From Azolla caroliniana (taxonomy: Eukaryota; Plantae; Polypodiophyta): 64,000 nucleotides of DNA. The position numbers and the translations under genes are program-made. The stretch covers positions 14,074,001 to 14,138,000 of the forward strand of contig JBHGNT010000011.1 of the NCBI GenBank assembly GCA_043228905.1, written 5' to 3'. The notes under the pieces are model-generated. The model made no database searches and was not told the DNA's origin. It saw only the letters and a program-made list of their open reading frames with translations. Of the stretch, positions 60,508-64,000 are shown in pieces; within the stretch, counting starts at the first letter, position 1, and every line of letters starts with the position of its first letter.

Positions 60508-63500
60508 ACGCGCGTCGCTGCCCGTATCTTCCAGCCATGCTTGGTGTTGATCGGCCATTTACCCTTCTTGTAGAAATCCATGGACATCAGGTTGATTTCG
60601 GATCCATGGTCTACCAACGCCACCACTGGTTCCAGAACGTTGCCGATCCGTACTGGGGTTTCCGTAGTCGCCCTGGCCCAATGCGGCTTCGTGTAGTGGC
60701 TTCCCGCTAGCTCATCTTCCAAGGCTCCGTCTTCCAGGTGTGTGGTCCGCACTTCCACCGGCTTCTCCGGTTCCGGCTCCGTCGAGAGCCTCTTCCGCTT
60801 CACCAAGTCCATGATAGAGTCGTTGAACTCCCTCTTGGCGATTCCCAGCACCTCCCGCTACGACAGCTCCACTTTACTGTCGAGGATCTTCAAGGACCTT
60901 CCGTAGGTCTGTTGCTCTCTCGATTTCGGTGCTCAACCGAAACCCTGCCTGTTTCTTCCTATCCGGCACGCCTGGGTTGCCGGCACCGGTCGGTTTCGGT
61001 CTGAACCGGGTCTCATACCTCGCGGACCCAACCCCTCCAGCCTTTCCTGCCCGTTTGTCCTCCACCAGAACCTCGTAGTTCTGGCAAGCGGCTTCTATGA
61101 AGCCCGTTTTCTCTTCGACCGGATAGTCCTAACCGGTGACCTCCTGGACCCGCTGTTCCGCGCGGTCCGCCTCTTCCTTCCTCAGCCGAACTCCGGAGAG
61201 GCCTTCTAGCACTAGCGGCCAGAATCCGGAGTCCTTCGCCTTCCAGGTCTCATCACCCCCAACCCGAATTCCCGCCGACACTGAGTAGTTAACTGCTTCG
61301 ACGTGCCGTGCAGCGGCCTCTTCCATTAACCTCTTCATTCTATCGCGCCCCGTATTCAGTTCTAGGGCTCTCCGGGTCTCGCTCGCGTGCACCCACCCGT
61401 TCCAGAGGTACACCACGTTGGTCCTGAGCGCGTCGGCGAAATACGCGCAATCCTTCCGAATGTGACCGATCGTGTCACACCACATGCACCGCTGCCCAGC
61501 TGGCGGCCTCCGGTCGCGAGGTTGTTCACCGCTGTCTCTCCGGGCCTGTGCGATCTGCAGGTCGCGCACCATCTGTGTTAGCTCTTCCAGAGCCGCTCCT
61601 CCGGACGGGCCTCTGACCACGTCACTCGATGCCGACCCCAACTCCGGCCAGATTCGGGTCTCTTCCTTCCTCCCAGCCAGCACCGAAACTGGCTCCTCGA
61701 GCCTCCTCCCCGGGACCGGCCCTAACCCCGACGTGCTTCCGTCGCTCCAATCGCGCCGTTTGTCGAAACGGCTGCAGACCCGTTTTACCACGGCCCAATC
61801 CGTCGTGAACCCTTCATCCGTTTCCAGTAGGGGACCCACCTTTTCCCTGTCGAGCATCCACCGACTTGACAAACATCAGCACTCGACTTGTTTCGAGCAC
61901 CGTCTGGTCCAGCGTCGACAGCCGCGCGAACCGTTTTTCGAACTCCTGGAGGAGCACCGATGTGTTCCTTTTCCAGGGCTCTCCACCCACGCCATGAAGT
62001 CCCGCCTCGACAGCCGGAGCGAGTCGTCGAACCCGTACTTCTCGAGGAGCTGCAGCTCGAACTCCTCCCGAGTCTGGCATCCAGCCAGCACCTCGAGCAC
62101 CTCCGCATGGATGCCCGGCGTCACCACCCGAGGGAATCCGGACAGCCGCCTGTCCACCGGGATATCCCTCATGATCATTTCAGCCCGGTAAGCCTCCAAA
62201 TAACTTGTGGCGTCTTTCCCTCCGAAACGGCCTATAGAGCTGACGATCGATTCAATAGCTCTGTCAAGGGTACCCGTTCCCTCACGAGCGCTCACCAGCC
62301 GGTCGACGGCCACCGCCATTGTCTCCGCTAGCTCTGATCCCCTCATCTTTCAACTCCTTTGCCGCCTGTTCACGTCGGGTTCACCAAAGATGTCGCGTTA
62401 TTACGCGCGTACGTGTGGAAAGGGGCGGGACCACGGGGGTCTTTGACCGAGGAGCGAGAGAGAGAGAGACAGAGAGAGATTCACCGACACGAAAAGCGAG
62501 AAGGAAAGAGATAGAATCGTAACACTTAATTATAATGACAAGATATTACAATCCCTGACAGTTACAACCGACGTGGCGGCGACGGACCCGACACGGGGAC
62601 CCTACTCACGCACACCGACGACAGTCACCCACCTCCAAGAAACAAAGGGAAAAGGGAGCGACTCTGCTGGAAGCACACGGGCTTTCCACGAAGTAGAGGC
62701 AGCGCACTCCCATAGGCCGCGACGGACCCATAGTGAACGACGGCTCGAGGAGTAGAGAGAGAGCTCGGCTTCCCTTCTGCAGCAGCCCCTTCCCTTCTCC
62801 CTCGCGTGCGATATCACTCTTTTCTTTCTCCTCTTGCCTTTTATCCCCTGTCCCCCTTTGGGATACGCACAATCCCCTCTAATAAATGCGTGTGGCTTAG
62901 TAGTCACATCCACCGGTTCACGTACAAAGCATCCAGTCATGCGTCCATTCGTGTAGGGGCCGGTTTACGCGCTTTCTCTCCAATTCCGCCTATGGACGGT
63001 TTTCTTCACGACATTGTGCCACTTTGCCCTCCCTTCTCGAACCAGCCGCCACACGAAACGCTCTCCATCGAGGAGAGGAAGCCGAATCACCAAGTGTTGC
63101 CACCGGAATGCCTTAAGCCGTCGTTGTAGAAAGAGAGAGTAACACCAAAAACCCTAAACCGCATAAACCCTAACACGCATGAACTCTCACAAGAAGAAGA
63201 AGCTAAACGGAATACTAAAACCTCCACCCCAGAAGAAGGAATCAAACCCATAAGACAAAGAAGACGAAAACCAAAATGAAACCCTAAAACGAAAAATAGA
63301 ATGAAGGAGACCAAAGTGGAACCCTAAGAAAATAAGATTAAGAGAAAACCCTGAAACCCTAAATCTAATGGTATACCCCCCTAACTCAAAATGGGCAACC
63401 CTTCTACAAAGGGCAATCCCTTCATTTTATAGAACAAGGAGAGGGATGCGTAACAATGTGGGATAAATCCCTTATTACATGGGATCCTCTGTCCCGAATC

Positions 63501-63632
63501 AACTACTATCCGGCGCCATAATGGCGCCCCTATCATTTACACAATTCGTACAAGGGTGAGTGCACATGCTCCACCCCGCTGATTCTTCCGATATTCCCCG
63601 GTTTCTCACCATGGCCCAGAATCTTCACGACA

Positions 63633-63867
63633 GCATATTGTCTTGTACTTTATTGAACACATCGGCATAATGATGATACTTCTTTGGAAGTTGAACGGTG
63701 GACTCCTCTTTAGTGGTGTCGGAGGGTTTTACTGATATTTTAAAGAGAAACATTTCTTCCTTGCGTCCTTCTTCCCGCAACTGATGTAGCGAAATGGTTG
63801 CAATCTTCTGAGTAGATCCTCGGGCTTGTCGATACCGAATTTCTCTTGTTCTCCAATCTATTCCTGG
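63633..63867 (-). pseudogene. Upstream continuation (PR-RT linker) of the chromovirus-type pol
   Basis: Reads ..KYHHYADVFNKVQDN, contiguous with 36264 across the 4-bp TSD. Confidence 0.8.
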
Positions 63868-64000
63868 TGTTGAGAATCAAGCTCAACATAACAAAACGTG
63901 TGAACACACCTTTTGAGAATCCATGATTACTCAAAGGTCAAGAGTCACACCACTACTCTCTACACATTAACTATGTGTCATACAATCATATTCTATGACA
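63868..64000 (+). repeat. Start of a Copia LTR (same family as 16507-17292 and 17311-17692)
   Basis: TGTTGAGAATCAAGCTCAAC start; 63898-64000 is close to the reverse complement of 16826-16928. Confidence 0.85.

Larger units (their letters stand above)
49018..63013 (-). mobile_element. Full-length degenerate Gypsy element E (LTRs 49018-49640, 62391-63013), hosting element F in its protease
   Basis: 623-bp LTRs with about 4 differences; flanks CTGT/TTGT; PBS 62369-62386; PPT at 49641; gag 60508-62346, PR end and pol 49710-53455. Confidence 0.95.
36265..63632 (-). mobile_element. ~1.0-kb Gypsy solo LTR split into four pieces (36265-36290, 41755-41774, 48672-49017, 63018-63632) by three insertions
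   Basis: TGTCGCG..CACGACA termini; TSD GCGT/GCAT; flanks rejoin as pol ..YADVFNKVQDN-TLPHHRLYDWPIDL; homology to LTR 33282-34093. Confidence 0.88.

Overview
Plant-type (probably non-seed plant, inferred) heterochromatic nest made almost entirely of nested LTR retrotransposons; no host gene was recognised. It holds about 12 insertions of one non-chromovirus Ty3/Gypsy group (TGTCG...CGACA termini, tRNA-Trp PBS, gag-PR plus -1 frame RT-RH-INT), two apparently intact young Ty1/Copia elements, several decayed Copia pieces, a decayed chromovirus-type (Tcn1-like) pol and a short poly(A) retroposed insert. Main signals: (1) the Gypsy group makes 4-bp TSDs centred on CpG (11 of 12 sites); (2) a conserved G_GAU_UUU_UAG slippery site plus predicted pseudoknot lies between PR and RT; (3) two AT-rich solo LTRs of the same group carry tRNA-like A-box/B-box cassettes; (4) pol-less 3' regions carry unexplained cargo, one with an 8-unit structured repeat; (5) one host element has younger-looking LTRs than the element nested inside it. 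All alignments and difference counts were done by eye.
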